A stretch of 46,968 nt of DNA, taken from Octopus sinensis (Eukaryota). This document shows, piece after piece, positions 11,142 through 24,297 of this stretch. The notes under the pieces were generated by a model that saw only the letters and a list, made by a program, of their open reading frames with translations, did not search any database and had not been told where the DNA came from. Position 1 is the stretch's first letter. Each line of letters starts with the position of its first letter. The position numbers and the translations under genes were made by a program. The stretch covers positions 1 through 46,968 of the forward strand of contig NW_021834559.1 in assembly GCF_006345805.1 (NCBI RefSeq), read 5' to 3'.

Positions 11142-12269
11142 CAGTGGTTCTCTTTTTTAGCTATGGACCACTCTGATTACTCATTTATTCTGATGGACCC
11201 ACATAGCCATTCGATTTTTAAAAACTAATTTTATAGATACTTCTTTCAAAATTTCAATTGTGTTTGTCACTCATGGCGGTGCCCCAGCATGGCCACAGCT
11301 CATGAGCTGAAACTGGAAAAATCAAAATCAAATCAAAATCATTCACTTGTACAAGGTGTTCCAAAAGTCACTGATGGGTTTTAATTTTTAATAACTTCCT
11401 TAACTTAACAAATAAATATTTTTATACAATATAAGGAACATAATGGAAATTTTTATGCACAAGTCAAATTGAGTAACACCACTACATATCATATGAAAAA
11501 TTACATCGCTTAAATGGCAGCCATTTTTGGCTTCGCACTCCCGTGCTCTTTCCAGAACTTGCACTATAACACCACGAAGAATTTCAGACCCCACTTCTCT
11601 GATTTCTTCAGTTGCACCAGAGTCTCTGGTTTGTTGACGTAACCCCTCTCTCTGAACTATCCCTACAATAATAAATCCTGGCTAGTCGCGGGCTTGTTCG
11701 CGTGTCTCATCACTTCTGACATTGTGAGGTCTCCCAGATCGTGGAAGATTGACTACTGTTCTTTGCTATTCGAAACGACGAATCAAATTCTTAATCGCAT
11801 TCTCACTCGGTGCATCTGTCATTTGGAATTGTCGACAAATGCTCTCTAGGTCTGAATTATCGATCCCTGATGCTGGAAGCAGAATTGGATGTGCTGTATT
11901 TTTTCATAATGTATTTCGCAGATTCGTGAGCACATAAAATCTGAAAAGAGAGGGAAAATGTTAAATAATTAATTTTCATTATGTCCTTTATATTGTATCA
12001 AAATTTCATGAATTTATTTGTAAAGTTAAGAAAATTATAAAAAAATGAAACCCGTCAGTGAATTTTGGGACACCCTTTATAGGTTAAACGATGGAAAATG
12101 GAGAAATAAACCTAGCTGTTTCTTGCAATACATACATTGAAATCAATTCTATTCATGGACCTTTAAAATACTACTGTAAATCTCCAATTTAATATTTTGT
12201 ACGCGTGGGTCCCTCAAAATATTATATGGACCCCCATGTGTCTTATAAGCTCCCGGTTAAGAACCGCTG
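11142..12269. mobile_element. hAT (Charlie/MER5-like) MITE interrupted by a SINE tail and a Tc1/mariner element
   Basis: Ends CAGTGGTTCTC and AAGAACCGCTG are inverted; GGACC subterminal motifs on both sides; flanking 8-mers ATGATCAG/ATCTGCAG match only 5 of 8. Confidence 0.6.
11352..12077 (-). mobile_element. Internally deleted Tc1/mariner (maT/DD37D-like) transposon
   Basis: ~30-bp TIRs CAAGGTGTTCCAAAAGTCACTGATGGGTTT / AAACCCGTCAGTGAATTTTGGGACACCCTT with TA on both sides; minus-strand remnants PSENAIKNLIRRFE*..TVVNLPRSGRP (HTH), ERVYVNKPETLVQLK and ECEAKNGCHLSDVIFH; DDD core deleted. Confidence 0.88.
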
Positions 12270-12299
12270 ATCTGCAGTTTTGAAAAGTATTCGGGTTTG

Positions 12300-14565
12300 C
12301 ACGAGAGCAGTATACCACTAACTTCAAACCAGCCCCGGAAAAGACCACAAAGGTTGGATTGTTTTGATGTTAAAAATTTGATATGAAAAATTTGATATGA
12401 AAAATTTGTTCACGCCAGAGTCAACAACAACTTTTCTTATTTGACGAAAGTGGAATGACTGAGAGAGATTGACTTGTGTTAAGAAACAAGCCATGTTTTC
12501 TTGATCATGTCGACTCTTTGGGAAAGGTGTAGTTAATGTATCAGGACAATAGAGAACGGATCTTCTATCAAAGAGAACGGAGAAAATAATGGGACCGAAT
12601 TCCTGAACAGCCACTTAATAACCAGCTTAAATTGAGTGATGTTTCACAGAGAGAGCTCGAACAAAGACTACATGAAACTTTTCCTGAATAGAGAAATTGT
12701 AATGAAGGAGGCTAACTGAGTTAATATTTTACTCTGTTTAATTGGTATTATTTAATTTTCGGATGAAAGAAGATTAGCTTCGCTTGGTACCTCTTCTTTG
12801 TTTGGAGATGAGCGCAATGCTAACTTTCTTGGGCTGGTTGAACTTTTCTCTCATTGGGATTCCGTATTTGAAACTCATTCAAAAAAGGTGATAGAATGCC
12901 AAAAAAATATATATGTATATATATATATATATATATATTTGTCAAACTGAATCATAAAATTAATTGATTTCTCTTCGCGTTGATCTCATTTTCAAACGCA
13001 TACTATTTAAAAGATCAAAGACCTAATAATATTCAATAATAGTTGATGCAGCAACTGATTCCACACATGTCGGAGAGACGACATTTATCACAAGTTACCT
13101 TCAATGTATAAACTGTGAATTTTAAGAGTCAAGAGAGATTTTTATCCTTTGAAGGTCGTTGAGAAAATAACATTGGAAACCTGATAAAAGAAGCATTGAT
13201 TAAAAATTACATTCTTTTGGAACACTGCAGGAGTCGAGGTGTCAATATGGCAGTCAAGTACAAAAGAATACAAAGGTTATCAATGCAAATCCACCCGCTA
13301 TTTTTCTCACAATATGGATGCCATACATTGAATTTGTGTGACACGGATTCAGCAGAGTGGTGTGCTAAACCAATCACCTTTCGCGGTACTACTGGAGGCG
13401 GCTCTAATGTATTCTCATATAATCTAAAAGATAAAATCTTGTGACGCACTCAAGCTGTCAATCATCGCAGCACATGTCAGCTACTGAGTGATCAACCAGA
13501 ATTTATAGTGTAAAAGTATTTACATTAAATCTGAATTGAATTAAATTGGTTCTACGGGATATTCTGAATTTTAATCTAACGACGAAGACCAGAAGTGAAC
13601 AGAAACAATTACACACATGTACTCTTTTAGATGAATGTTCCTGTCATCCATTTGATTCAGTATTTATACACTAATATCTGCAACATGGTGTTACAGACCA
13701 AGGGATACCAGTCTTTACATTCTTGTGGAAAACAGTGAAATGTTTATCGACAAATCTGCAGAAGTTGCGTGATAAGTTTGACATTGTTGACAGGGTCAAA
13801 ATATATCGCTAACAGTTTGTAAATGGAAATTAAACTACAAGCAAATGAGAGAAAGTGAAAGAAATTGTGTATGAGAACCAGTTAAGTGGTGAAAACTAAG
13901 AGAATGATCCTGACGCATATACAAAATCATTATTTCGAATATATGTTTTTTTGTTTTGTCACTGTCGATTCTGTCATACACGGTCTAACAAGAAGCTTTA
14001 AAGTTGCAAAGAAAATTTCCAATACTTTTTCATTCCTCTGGCAATACCTGTCTACATCAGAAAAAAAACTGCTTTTTGACCACAAAAATGCATGTCAGAT
14101 ACAGAAAATTTACAATACTAATGTAAAGATCTTTCGAATGAGTTAACCGACATGAAAAATACGATACACCGTTGCCACTTTGGGGAACTACAACTCAAAC
14201 CAACGGATTTTTTACTCAAGAAATTACATACATCTACAAGTTAACAAACAGAGTTCTAAATCTTTGTGCGTTACTCGGAATTTTTCTCACCGTGTCTACA
14301 ACGGTAGTCTCAACAGAGCGTTCGTTAAGTAAGCTTCAACGGATAAAGAACTATTTCAGATGCATTGAATCGGAACTCAGCCGAAATATTGATTTCAGAT
14401 ATATCATTGAAAACTTTGCACACAAGAAAAACTGGTAACCCAGTTAGTCATTCTATGATGTTTGGTAATAAATATTTAAATTACGCCAGACTGGTGTAAA
14501 TAATTGGAGGGAGGGGTGCAGCCGAAAACAGTCTTGCCCCGAACATAAATCTTTCTCACGACAGT
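12300..14565 (+). pseudogene. Decayed hAT transposase (TTF-type zinc finger to dimerisation domain)
   Basis: Frameshifted motifs in the expected order: RD*LV..SCRLFG (12461-12525), ELEQRL, NFLGLVELFSHWD (~12824), IVDAATDSTH, ERFLSF, CRSRG.NMA, GCHTLNL, TERSLSKLQRIKNYFR (~14313), IIENFAHKK; GC-rich subterminal region ~14500-14565. Confidence 0.9.
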
Positions 14566-14569
14566 CATG

Positions 14570-14670
14570 TATATTATATGCGTGTACGAGTGTGTTTGTG
14601 TATGTAGCTTGTAAACATGACCGTATTATGTGTATAATGTAATAACTATATAAATGTGTGTGTATGTATG

Positions 14671-14709
<39 letters not shown>

Positions 14710-14965
14710 AGTATAGTTATAAATACATGTATATACAGGTATATATTTAATTATATACACACACATATACACACACACATACATATGCAAATATATATAC
14801 ATATGTATATATATATATATATATATGTATACATTATATATATATATGTGTGTGTGTATATCTATAGGTGTGTATGTGTATATATAATTATATACATATA
14901 CATATGTGTACATATGTATACATATATATGTACATATTCATACGTATCACGAAATATATGCACAC

Positions 14966-15010
<45 letters not shown>

Positions 15011-15048
15011 TAGACATATATACATACACATACGTATGTATGTATATA
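14570..15048. repeat. (TA)n/(CA)n compound microsatellite
   Basis: Direct reading. Confidence 0.95.
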
Positions 15049-15516
15049 CAAAACTAAGATACTTCAGTGAACAAAGAAAGATTTCAATTACTCCATTGGT
15101 GAAGCGAAGCAATCACTATCTTAATGCCGCAATTCTTAACAACAAAGGCGACGTGGAGAAACCAGAATATATATTAATTAATGCAGAGAGATCTAATCGC
15201 TGGAAGTGCGGTGATAATTTCGCACACATTCCAGTCTTATCAAACCTCATCAGTAATAGTCTAATAAAACTGCAATGTGTTAGAGATCTTCAAATATTAA
15301 ACCACATCAACAACCCACAGTCTAATCTTAAATTGCAGCGATTGAACAGAATGTAGATAATTTGGGAATGCTTGTTAAGCATAAAGAAAAGAGAAACAAT
15401 TAAATAGGACACAGAAACGATTGCTTCATGAAAAAGACTTAGTATGATGAATTCTAATATACTGAGTCCCATGCACAAAGACATTTTGCTCATAGTGTAA
15501 AATACATCCACTTATG

Positions 15517-15566
<50 letters not shown>

Positions 15567-15569
15567 ATA

Positions 15570-15959
15570 TCATTTTATTCGTTTCAGACTGCGGCCATGC
15601 TGGAGCACCACGTTTAGTCGAGTAAATCGCCCCTGGGACTTATTCTTTGTAAGCCTACAACTTATCGGTCTTTTTTGTCGAACCGCTAAGTTACGTGGAC
15701 ATAAAATCGATTGTGTCGAGCGATGTTGGGGTGACAAACACACACACACACACATATATATAGTATATCTATATATATATATAATATATATATATGCGAG
15801 GGGTTTCTTTCAGTTTCCGTCTACCAGATCCACTGACAAGGCTTTAGTCGGCCCGAGGCTATAGTGAAAGATACTTACCCACAGTGCCATGCAGTGGAAC
15901 TGAACCCGGAACCATGTGGATGGTAAGCAATCTACTCACCACACAGCCACTTCTACGCC
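15570..15959 (-). mobile_element. SINE-C, near full length, internal microsatellite
   Basis: Reverse complement of head GGGCGTAGAAGTGGCTGTGTGGTGAG..GGTTCAGTTCCAC; core; tail CTCCAGCATGGCCGCAGTCTGAAAC. Confidence 0.9.
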
Positions 15960-15987
15960 CATATATATATTATATATATATATATAT

Positions 15988-16225
15988 AGGGAGAATTCTC
16001 AAAAAAAAAAAGACGAAGACAGCTGGTGTAGACAACAAACAGATGTATTAGTTTAACGCTCGGGAAGTGAAAAAGTCTTTAACGTTTCGACCCTAAGCTC
16101 TTCCACAGAAAAGAACACAGAAAGAAACAAGGACAGAAAATAAAGAATGTGCAGTGGCGAAAGCCGGACAGAAGGGTCACACTGGAGAGCTAGGGAGAAG
16201 GGGAGATAACAAAATAAAAAAATAT
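15988..16225 (-). mobile_element. TA-flanked Penelope pLTR-like element, copy 1
   Basis: Collinear with 45259-45440; both end (sense) GAATT.TCCC followed by (TA)n; carries hammerhead-like motif. Confidence 0.65.
16077..16112 (-). ncRNA. Minimal type I hammerhead-ribozyme-like motif (variant core), degenerate copy
   Basis: TTTT-CTGTGGAA-GAG-CTTAGG-GTC-GAAACGTT-AAAG; palindromic stem III ACGT, GUU triplet, one stem II mismatch. Confidence 0.5.
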
Positions 16226-16302
16226 ATATATATATACACATATGTATATATCCACATATATATATATATATAATATATATATATATAATTATATATACAC
16301 AC

Positions 16303-16357
<55 letters not shown>

Positions 16358-16859
16358 TTGCAGTAAACTACGTCACCGTTATTGATATCGTGTGAGGCAC
16401 TAATGAATAACAAACATCAAGTCTTACTATAATATTTATTTAAATGTATGTTATTTGGTAACGATCGACGTCAACTCTTTGCTGAGCTGGTGATTCGCAA
16501 ATGGTCGATTCTCGATCAAAGCAACTTTATTTCACGCTAGTCTTATTCACAGTCCGTCTATTGTCACATAGACCCGTCTATCTTCTGCTCTCATTTGTGA
16601 AACCTAATTGTCCCTCGCACGCTCGTTCACAAAATATCCTTGTCGGTGTCATGGGTGGTAAAGATAGTGTAGAGTAGAATTAACGGGTGTTGAATGCACC
16701 ACTTGGACCTGGAAGAGGTAAGAGCAGCCTTCACTTGTTATGGTCTCAAACAGTTATGTAGGGATTAGCGAGGGGACAACAAGCATGGTGATGATGAAGA
16801 AAAGGAGCTGCAGAGAACTAAGGGGAGAAGCAGAGAGGAAGGAAGGAAGAAGAGGAAGG

Positions 16860-17280
16860 AGAGGTGATGAGGATGACGAAGATGATGACCAGGACGAGAG
16901 TATGGACCACGACAACGATGATGACCATCATCATTATCATTATCATCATCATCATCATCATGAGCATGATGATGACGACGGCGACGATGAAAACGATACG
17001 CCGACGACGACGATGACGATGACGATTACAATGACAATGAGGAGGAGGACGACGACGACGACAACAATGATGATGATGATGACGATGATAATGATGATGA
17101 TGATGACGACGACGACGACGACGATAGGATGATGGGATAATGATGATTGATGACAACGACGACGACGACAACAATGATGATGATGATGGACGATGATAAT
17201 GATGATGATGATGACGACGACGACGACGACGATAGTGATGGGATAAGAATGATGACAACGACGACGACGACAACCACGAC

Positions 17281-17342
<62 letters not shown>

Positions 17343-17436
17343 CGAAGACGACGATGACGACGACGACGATGATGATGATGACGATGATGATGATGATGAT
17401 GATGATGATGACGACGACAACGATGATGATGGTGAC

Positions 17437-17491
<55 letters not shown>

Positions 17492-17660
17492 GCGACGATA
17501 ATGGTGATGACGACGATGATGATGATGATGGTTATGATGGTGATGGGATAAGGATGATGAGGACGACGACGACGACGACGACGATGATGATGTTGATAAT
17601 GGTAATGGTGATGATGATGTTGATGATGATGATGATGATGATGACGACTATGTCACTGGT
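16860..17660. repeat. (GAT/GAC)n trinucleotide expansion
   Basis: Direct reading; source of poly-M/D/S ORFs. Confidence 0.95.
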
Positions 17661-17889
17661 GATGACTATAACATACAACACAATTATTTCTCAGTGAATT
17701 TCGTTTTTTTTTCTTTAAAAAAAAATACAAAAAAAGAAGCTTATACATTTTTATTATGACATTAACTGTTCTTCTTACACAACAACAATACTTTCTCTTT
17801 CCTACATTTCATGTTGGCCGGGTTTTTATCTTCTATTTTTTCATCGCTTATTTTTATCTGCTACGATGACTGTCAGTCTCTATCTGTGC

Positions 17890-17945
17890 GTATATAAGCG
17901 TGTGCGAGTGTGTATATATATATATGTGTGTGTGTGTATGTATGT

Positions 17946-17976
<31 letters not shown>

Positions 17977-18132
17977 AGTGTGAGTTATCGAGTATACAGG
18001 TGTCAGGTAGTTTTTATGACTTTGGTATGTATGCATGTGTCCGAGAGTGCCTCTACACATTCAGTTCTCTTAATAAGCACAAACATACATATTTCTGTAT
18101 AGCATATGTATGTGTATACACACACAGACATA

Positions 18133-18182
<50 letters not shown>

Positions 18183-18652
18183 GAACACACATACAGTATG
18201 CATGCAGATACACTTACATACGTACAGCTATATACACAAATACATTTAAACAAACACACGCATACATGTATGTATGTATGTATGTATGTATATATGTGTG
18301 TATGTGTGTTATGTATGTATGTATGTGTGTATGTTTGCATTACATATGCCAAAAACAAAATAGACAAATATAGCCAAAGATACGCATACATGTGCACTAC
18401 ATACTTATATATACACATATGTATGTATATAATAAATATATATATATATACATATATGTATTATATACATGAATACATATATTTACACACATACACATAT
18501 GTATATATGTATATATGTATATATATATATATACATATAGATATGTTCGTGTGTGTATATATATGTGTGTGTATATATGTATGTATGTATATATGTATAT
18601 ATGTATGCACACATTTTATATGATTCCATATATATATATATATATATATATA

Positions 18653-18702
<50 letters not shown>

Positions 18703-18740
18703 ACATTGTATGTGTATATAGTACGTATGTATGTATGATT
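17890..18740. repeat. (TG)n/(TA)n/(TATG)n microsatellite zone
   Basis: Direct reading. Confidence 0.9.
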
Positions 18741-19069
18741 TCGTTTTTGGTTGCTGTCACGTGTTGATAAAGACGTTTACTATTGTTTTCCGCGTTTTTC
18801 TCGTGATGTTTTTTTTTTTTTTTTTTTTATTCTTCTAATGCTGCAGATTTTGTGGTTCAGTGATGTTTTATATTTTTTTTTTCTTCGGTGTACAACGTCT
18901 ACGTAGAGAGTTCGTTCTGATGGTAATGTGTTATGGCATCTGTGGAGTGAAGAGGTGGTGTGTGTGAGGGGAGGGGTGGAATGCGGTGGGGTGTAGCAAC
19001 GGATGGCGAGTGTTTGGTAACCAGACTGACAGTGAGGTAGATAAATACTTAAATAAATAGATAGGGAGG

Positions 19070-19165
19070 TAGCTAGATAGATAGATATATAGAGAGAGAG
19101 AGAGAAGAGAGAGAGAGAAGAGGGAGAGACAGTCAAACAGCAGACAGACCGACAGACAATCAGGC

Positions 19166-19204
<39 letters not shown>

Positions 19205-19206
19205 AC

Positions 19207-19287
<81 letters not shown>

Positions 19288-19300
19288 GGAGAGAGAGAGA
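19070..19300. repeat. (AGAT)n/(AGAC)n/(AG)n microsatellites
   Basis: Direct reading. Confidence 0.95.
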
Positions 19301-20071
19301 GGCGGGGCTTTCATAAAACAAAGCTACTTCAAAATTTCGGCTGTGTAGTTTTCATCCGCCAAAAAATTACTTTGCTATTCCAAGTCTAAATTATAACTTT
19401 ACGGATTCTACTTTCATTTTCGGAGCAATAAAGCTGCAACGTCGGTATAGTGTGATTCTGTATTTTTGAGGTATATAAAAGAGAAAAATGTCTTCTTGTC
19501 CTTATAAAAGACACCATTTTTTTGGCGGTAACTGCAGAACGTTGTGGCAGCTGCGTTATGTTTCTCCACTCTTGACACATACAGACGACCCAGGAAGACA
19601 GTTAAATCTCATGGCAGATAGACAACAGGAATCTCCGTCACCATGAATGTAGCACAACTTCTTCTAGTTGTATGGATCAGCCACATGTTGCTGCATCAGT
19701 AAGCTTGCCGTAAACTCCAAACAGTATAATCATTCCCAGTTTATAATTTGTTTTATCATTGTTGTTACTATTTGTAAAAGACCAACACAGTTTAACTTCA
19801 TGTGCAATAATAAAATTTTCAGTTTAATGTTCGCTGGTGTTGTCAGGTACTTCATCAGACAGCCCGAGAAACACATTTCAATCCATAAATTCAACTAATC
19901 ATCATTCTCAGGCCAGCCAACAAGCATCACTTGTGATACTGGCGGTGAAGAGAGACTGTCGGAAGAGCGAAGAACTAGAGTATAAATTTGTGGAAGTATT
20001 TAGTTACTAAATTGGGGTAAGAAATTATTGATTGTCCATACAGCAATGTTGGGTTAATTCGAGCATGTATG

Positions 20072-20307
20072 TACGAGAGATGCTAAAAAGTTCCTAGCTT
20101 TAAGAGTATTGCGAAAGACCTAATTGGAAGCCCAACCTTCCGAGTTCTTGTGTACGGCTTAGAAAAACTGAAGGACCGTTGCAATAAGTGTGTGAATCTG
20201 AGAGAGAAATATGTTGAATAAAATCATAATTAAATGAGAGAAATATGTTGTATAAAATCATAATTAACTGATCCTCCTGTATTTTCTTTTATCCACAGCA
20301 AGGAACT
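20072..20307 (+). mobile_element. Mariner-derived MITE, second copy, 3' truncated
   Basis: TACGAGAGATGCTAAAAAGTTCCTAGCTTT left end; GLEKLKDRCNKCVNLREKYVE*; internal tandem duplication of GAGAGAAATATGTTG.ATAAAATCATAATTAA. Confidence 0.8.
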
Positions 20308-20552
20308 AGAACTGCTAGAAATAGTAGCCAAATTTTCCACAAATCACCACCTACTGTTTAATAAATGATAGGTTCATTGGATAAATGTAGTCTTAGGTAT
20401 ATTAATGGCTGAAGAAACCTCAGTCGTTTATAGCGGAAATGTCTTTGATCGTATGTCAACTCGGTCAGGGATGTTGTGGGGGACTAGGCAATAACAAAAC
20501 AATTTAACATCTTCCTACACGATGTCAGCAGTTAAGTTACTCTATAATAATG

Positions 20553-20740
20553 GCTTTAAATTTTGGGAAAACGCCAGCGATATTTTACAGGTGTGAAACT
20601 CGTATTTACTTCATCGAAAGCAAAACGATGAAAGGCAAAGTCGACCTGGCAAAATTTGAACTCAAAATATCAACAAACCGGAATAAATGCCGCTAAGCAT
20701 ATAGTCCGATACTATAACAATTCTGCGAGCTCACCGCCTT
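20553..20740 (-). mobile_element. SINE-M (tail C), degenerate
   Basis: GATGAAAGGCAAAGTCGACCTGGCAAAATTTGAACTC and GCGAGCTCACCGCC. Confidence 0.75.
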
Positions 20741-21357
20741 AAATCCTCCTGAAATAATGCCCTGCTATCATTTTAGAAAGTGGAAATACAGATTAGAAAA
20801 TTCAGTCTTATAGGCGCTTCATAACTTTTCTCGTTTCTTCGATATCGTGAATGTCATAAAGACTTCTGACTCTATGTTGGTAATGTTCCCATTTTTCATG
20901 ATTCTATCTGCCGATGTTTTGTATAAATCATCGATCATAAAATTGATTCTAAGCTATAGAGATGATCCTTGTCCCAGATGATGGCATTGAGCTCATTCCT
21001 TCCTTCTCAGTATTTTTTTCTTCTTCATCTTATTGATATCGGATTTGATTCGCAACAACGGTTATTTCTCTGCATGCTTACTTTCAATTCTTGCTGTCTT
21101 CAGCTACCATTTCTTACGAGAATTAACATTATTATCCAATATACAACTGACGCGTGCAGATTGAATAAATCATTGTAGATTATTTAAATTTATTATTTTA
21201 ATAAAGGTAGCCATATTTGACTGATATCAACAGCGGAGTTCCTGCGAGATTTATATTTTCTGCTTGTTTGATTTTTCTAAATTTCTACTGCGGTTATCTA
21301 TCTTTTATGGAAATTCTCTTCCATACCAATATCAGATTAAATTATCGTAGAATAATA

Positions 21358-21505
21358 GTTTCAAATTTTAGCAAAAAGGCCAGCGATATTTTAGAGGAGG
21401 GAGCTAATCGATTACATCGATCCCAGTGCGCAACTGGCACTTATTGCATCATTCCCAAAAGGATGGAAAGTAAAGTCGATCTGAGAAAATTTGAACTCAG
21501 AATAT
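21358..21505 (-). mobile_element. SINE-M (tail C), 5' truncated
   Basis: TTTCAAATTTTAGC...ATCGATTACATCGATCCCAGTGCGCAACTGG...AAAGTCGATCTGAGAAAATTTGAACTCAG. Confidence 0.8.
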
Positions 21506-22254
21506 AAACAGCAATTACTCTCCACTCGTATTTTTTTCTACTTAATCTCGCCTTTTTTTCTTTTTCTTCGTTTCCTTGTAATTAAATTGTAATTGTGACT
21601 CAATGTAAATAAAGCAACCGAGTTACATATACGATTTGTTTTTTAATGTCGTATATGTACAGTCTCTCCTGGTTTAGATGTTTCCCCTTTCAATAATGGT
21701 TTCCAAGTGTTTCGATATTCTTAACTTTGAGATTTCTCTCAGTGTCTTCTTTATAAGACCTCCGCATATTTTTATATGCATGAGATATTTGTTGAAAATA
21801 AAATACAGCAAAATATGGACAGGCAGTTGTTAATGACTTCAAAACATTTATAATTAAGTTATACAGATGGTTGTATAAATATAATTAAACAGAAAGCAGG
21901 AACACAAAAGTCGATGTACTAAATCGGTGTCAGCAAACATGTATGAGATACTAATATAAGTTAAATTATAGTGCCACCTACTCCCCAGTTCCTATCTAGC
22001 AACTTTTGGTTGGGTCTAATGTTGATGAGGAACTTGCGAAGTACAGTGTTACAACTGGACACAGTTCTGGTGTTATATGTAACGTAGTTTCTCTGAGTTT
22101 TCTCAGACACTTCTTTACAGTAATTTAGAGAGAGCTTAGGGTAGGGCTGAAGCTAGAGTTTTGTCCCTTGAAGTATCTGCCGTTCTTATACGATGGACTG
22201 AGTATTTTTTGTTCAGGAAGGTATTTTCCAGGCAACTCATGTAGCCATAGAGGT

Positions 22255-23110
22255 GAAGATGATGATGGTGGTGGTGGTAGTAGTAGCAGTGGTATTTTTG
22301 TTCGTGATGAGGGTAGTGGCATTGTTGGTAGTAGTACTATGCTGATGTGTATAATGTTAGTGATTGAGGTTCATTTGGCGGTGGTAGTGGTGGTGATGTT
22401 GGTTGTCATAGTTTTAGCGATGGTATTGTTGATGTGGTAGCAGAAGAAGTGGTGTGTGTGTGTGTGTGTGGTGATGATTTTACTAATGGATTGTGGTATT
22501 GCTTGTGATGAGGGGAATGGCAATGGTGTTGTAATGGTTCTTGTAGTGGTAGAGGTTGTGGCGGTGACAGTAGGGCAGTGATGTATAATAATGTCAGTGG
22601 TGATGGTGGGTACGACGGTGCCAGTAGTGGCGGTGGTGGTGGTGTTGGTGATACTGCTGCTGGTAATGGTGGTGGTGGTAGTACTGATGGTGATGGTGGT
22701 GGTGGTGGTGGTGGTACTGCTGCTGCTGCTGCTGGTGGTTTTAGAGATGGTTGTGCTGGTGCTTGTACTTGTGGTGTCAGTTGGTGGTGGTGGTGGTGGT
22801 GGTGGTGGCGACGGCGGTGACGGCGGCGGCAGCGGTGGCAGCAGCGGTGAAGGCAAATGTGGCGGCAACGGTGGTGGTGGTGGCGGCGGCAGCGGTGGCG
22901 GTGGTGGTGCTGGTGGTGATGAGTAGCTGCGGCGGCGGTGGTGACGTGACGATCATGGAGAAACTGCAATAATTGAGGATTCTCCAAGTTGTAGCAGAGG
23001 AGACGGTAGTCATGATGATGATGATGATGATGGTGGTGGTAGTGGTGCTGCTGGTGCTAGTGGTGGTGGTGGTGGCGATTACGATGAGGAGGTGGAGGAG
23101 GAGGAAATCT
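22255..23110. repeat. GGT/GGC-rich low-complexity tract
   Basis: Direct reading; source of poly-P/G/T ORFs. Confidence 0.9.
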
Positions 23111-23639
23111 TGTTGCAGCTGTCGATTCTGTAATTCTAGCTGATACTGTTATATTATGGCTGTTGTTGTTATTGTTGATGTTGTTGTTGTGTTGTTGTGT
23201 TAGTTGTCTCTTTTAGTGTATTGTTGTTTAATTAATTAGACCAAAAATTAAAAGTGGAAGTCAAAAGTCATTAGAGACAAGTGGTTAATGTATTATGTGT
23301 GGTGAATTAATCATGTCTTGCTGCAGACTCAGACAGTTTATGCTGTAACAATAATATTAAGAACAACAACAACAGCAACCACAACAACAATAACAACGCC
23401 AACAGCAACAGCTTCAAAAATACATCAGCAGCACAGCAGCAGCCGCCAGCAGCAGTAGCATCGACATCAACACACACAAAGAATAGGAAACAGAGATGGA
23501 ACAACATGGACAAGAAGAACATTAAATAGTTATTGTAATAAAACTGATTATAAAAACAAAAGAAAATAATTAAAAAGAAAATAACAAAAGAAGCAAAATG
23601 AAGAGCAACAAATAATTATGATAATTATTATAATTATAC

Positions 23640-23975
23640 ATGTAATGAGAGCGGTTGATTATCAAAATTGTTCGAGCGTCGAACAAAATGCTCGGCGGTA
23701 TTTGTCACGATTCTTTACGTATACTGAGTTCTGATTTCGTATCCAGCTGTGGTCCACGTTGCTCTTTATCGTTTTGGGGATCAGCAAAATAAGATACCAA
23801 TTTTGTCTTTCATTTCCCAAGGACTGAGATGACAGGTATCTTAGTTTATCGGCCCCGGGATGATAAAAACAGCAAAGGTCGTCCTCGGTAAAGAGGCCGA
23901 ACGAATACCACAAGGCATTTTTTGCCACCTGCTTTCTGATTGAGGCACAAAGCCAGCACTTTTGAGAGGAGGGAT
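23640..23975. mobile_element. Two degenerate SINE-M copies in opposite orientation
   Basis: Plus head ATGCTCGGCGGTATTT...CTGAGTTC; minus core GTTTATCGGCCCCG...GGTCGTCCTCGG; tail at 23925-23975 is inverted relative to 24795-24843. Confidence 0.6.
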
Positions 23976-23999
23976 AAAGAGGAGATAGATATATTTATA

Positions 24000-24230
24000 T
24001 ATTTCTTTATTGCCCACAAGGGGCTAAACATAGAGGGGACAAACAAGGACAGACAAACGGATTAAATCGATTACATCGACCCCAGTGCGTAACTGGTAAT
24101 TAATTTATCGACCCCGAAGGGATGAAAGGCAAAGTCGACCTCGGCGGAATTTGAACTCAGAACGTAGCGACAGACGAAATACCGCTAAGCATTTCGCCCG
24201 GCGCGCTAACGTTTCTGCCAGCTCGCCGCC
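24000..24230 (-). mobile_element. SINE-M full length (tail B)
   Basis: Sense GGCGGCGAGCTGGCAGAAACGTTAGCG...GAGTTCAAATTCCGCCGAGGTCGACTTTGCCTTTCATCCCTTCGGGGTCGATAAATTAATTACCAG...CCCCTTGTGGGCAATAAAGAAATA; degenerate TSD GAGATA(G/A)ATATA. Confidence 0.93.
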
Positions 24231-24297
24231 TTCAAGAGAGATAAATATAATCGATTAAATGTCTCCTTTCAATTTTGTTGGACTCGTGCAACCTAAA

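Noticed and set aside
12324-12614. Minus ORF of 96 aa
   Set aside because: Antisense shadow of the plus-strand hAT zinc-finger region
16690-16735. Strong donor-like GAG|GTAAGA as a host exon end
   Set aside because: No convincing upstream acceptor or recognisable peptide; cannot be supported without RNA-seq
16740-17551. Poly-M/D/S ORFs
   Set aside because: (GAT/GAC)n repeat artefacts
18805-18925. Poly-T tract, CTAAT and GCAG acceptor-like site
   Set aside because: Downstream sequence is low complexity with no credible exon
19380-19980. Coding-like unique stretch, possibly old transposase
   Set aside because: No diagnostic motif found in any frame by eye
22371-23013. Pro/Gly/Thr-rich ORFs resembling extensin or mucin
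   Set aside because: GGT/GGC low-complexity DNA open in several frames; no splice or domain support
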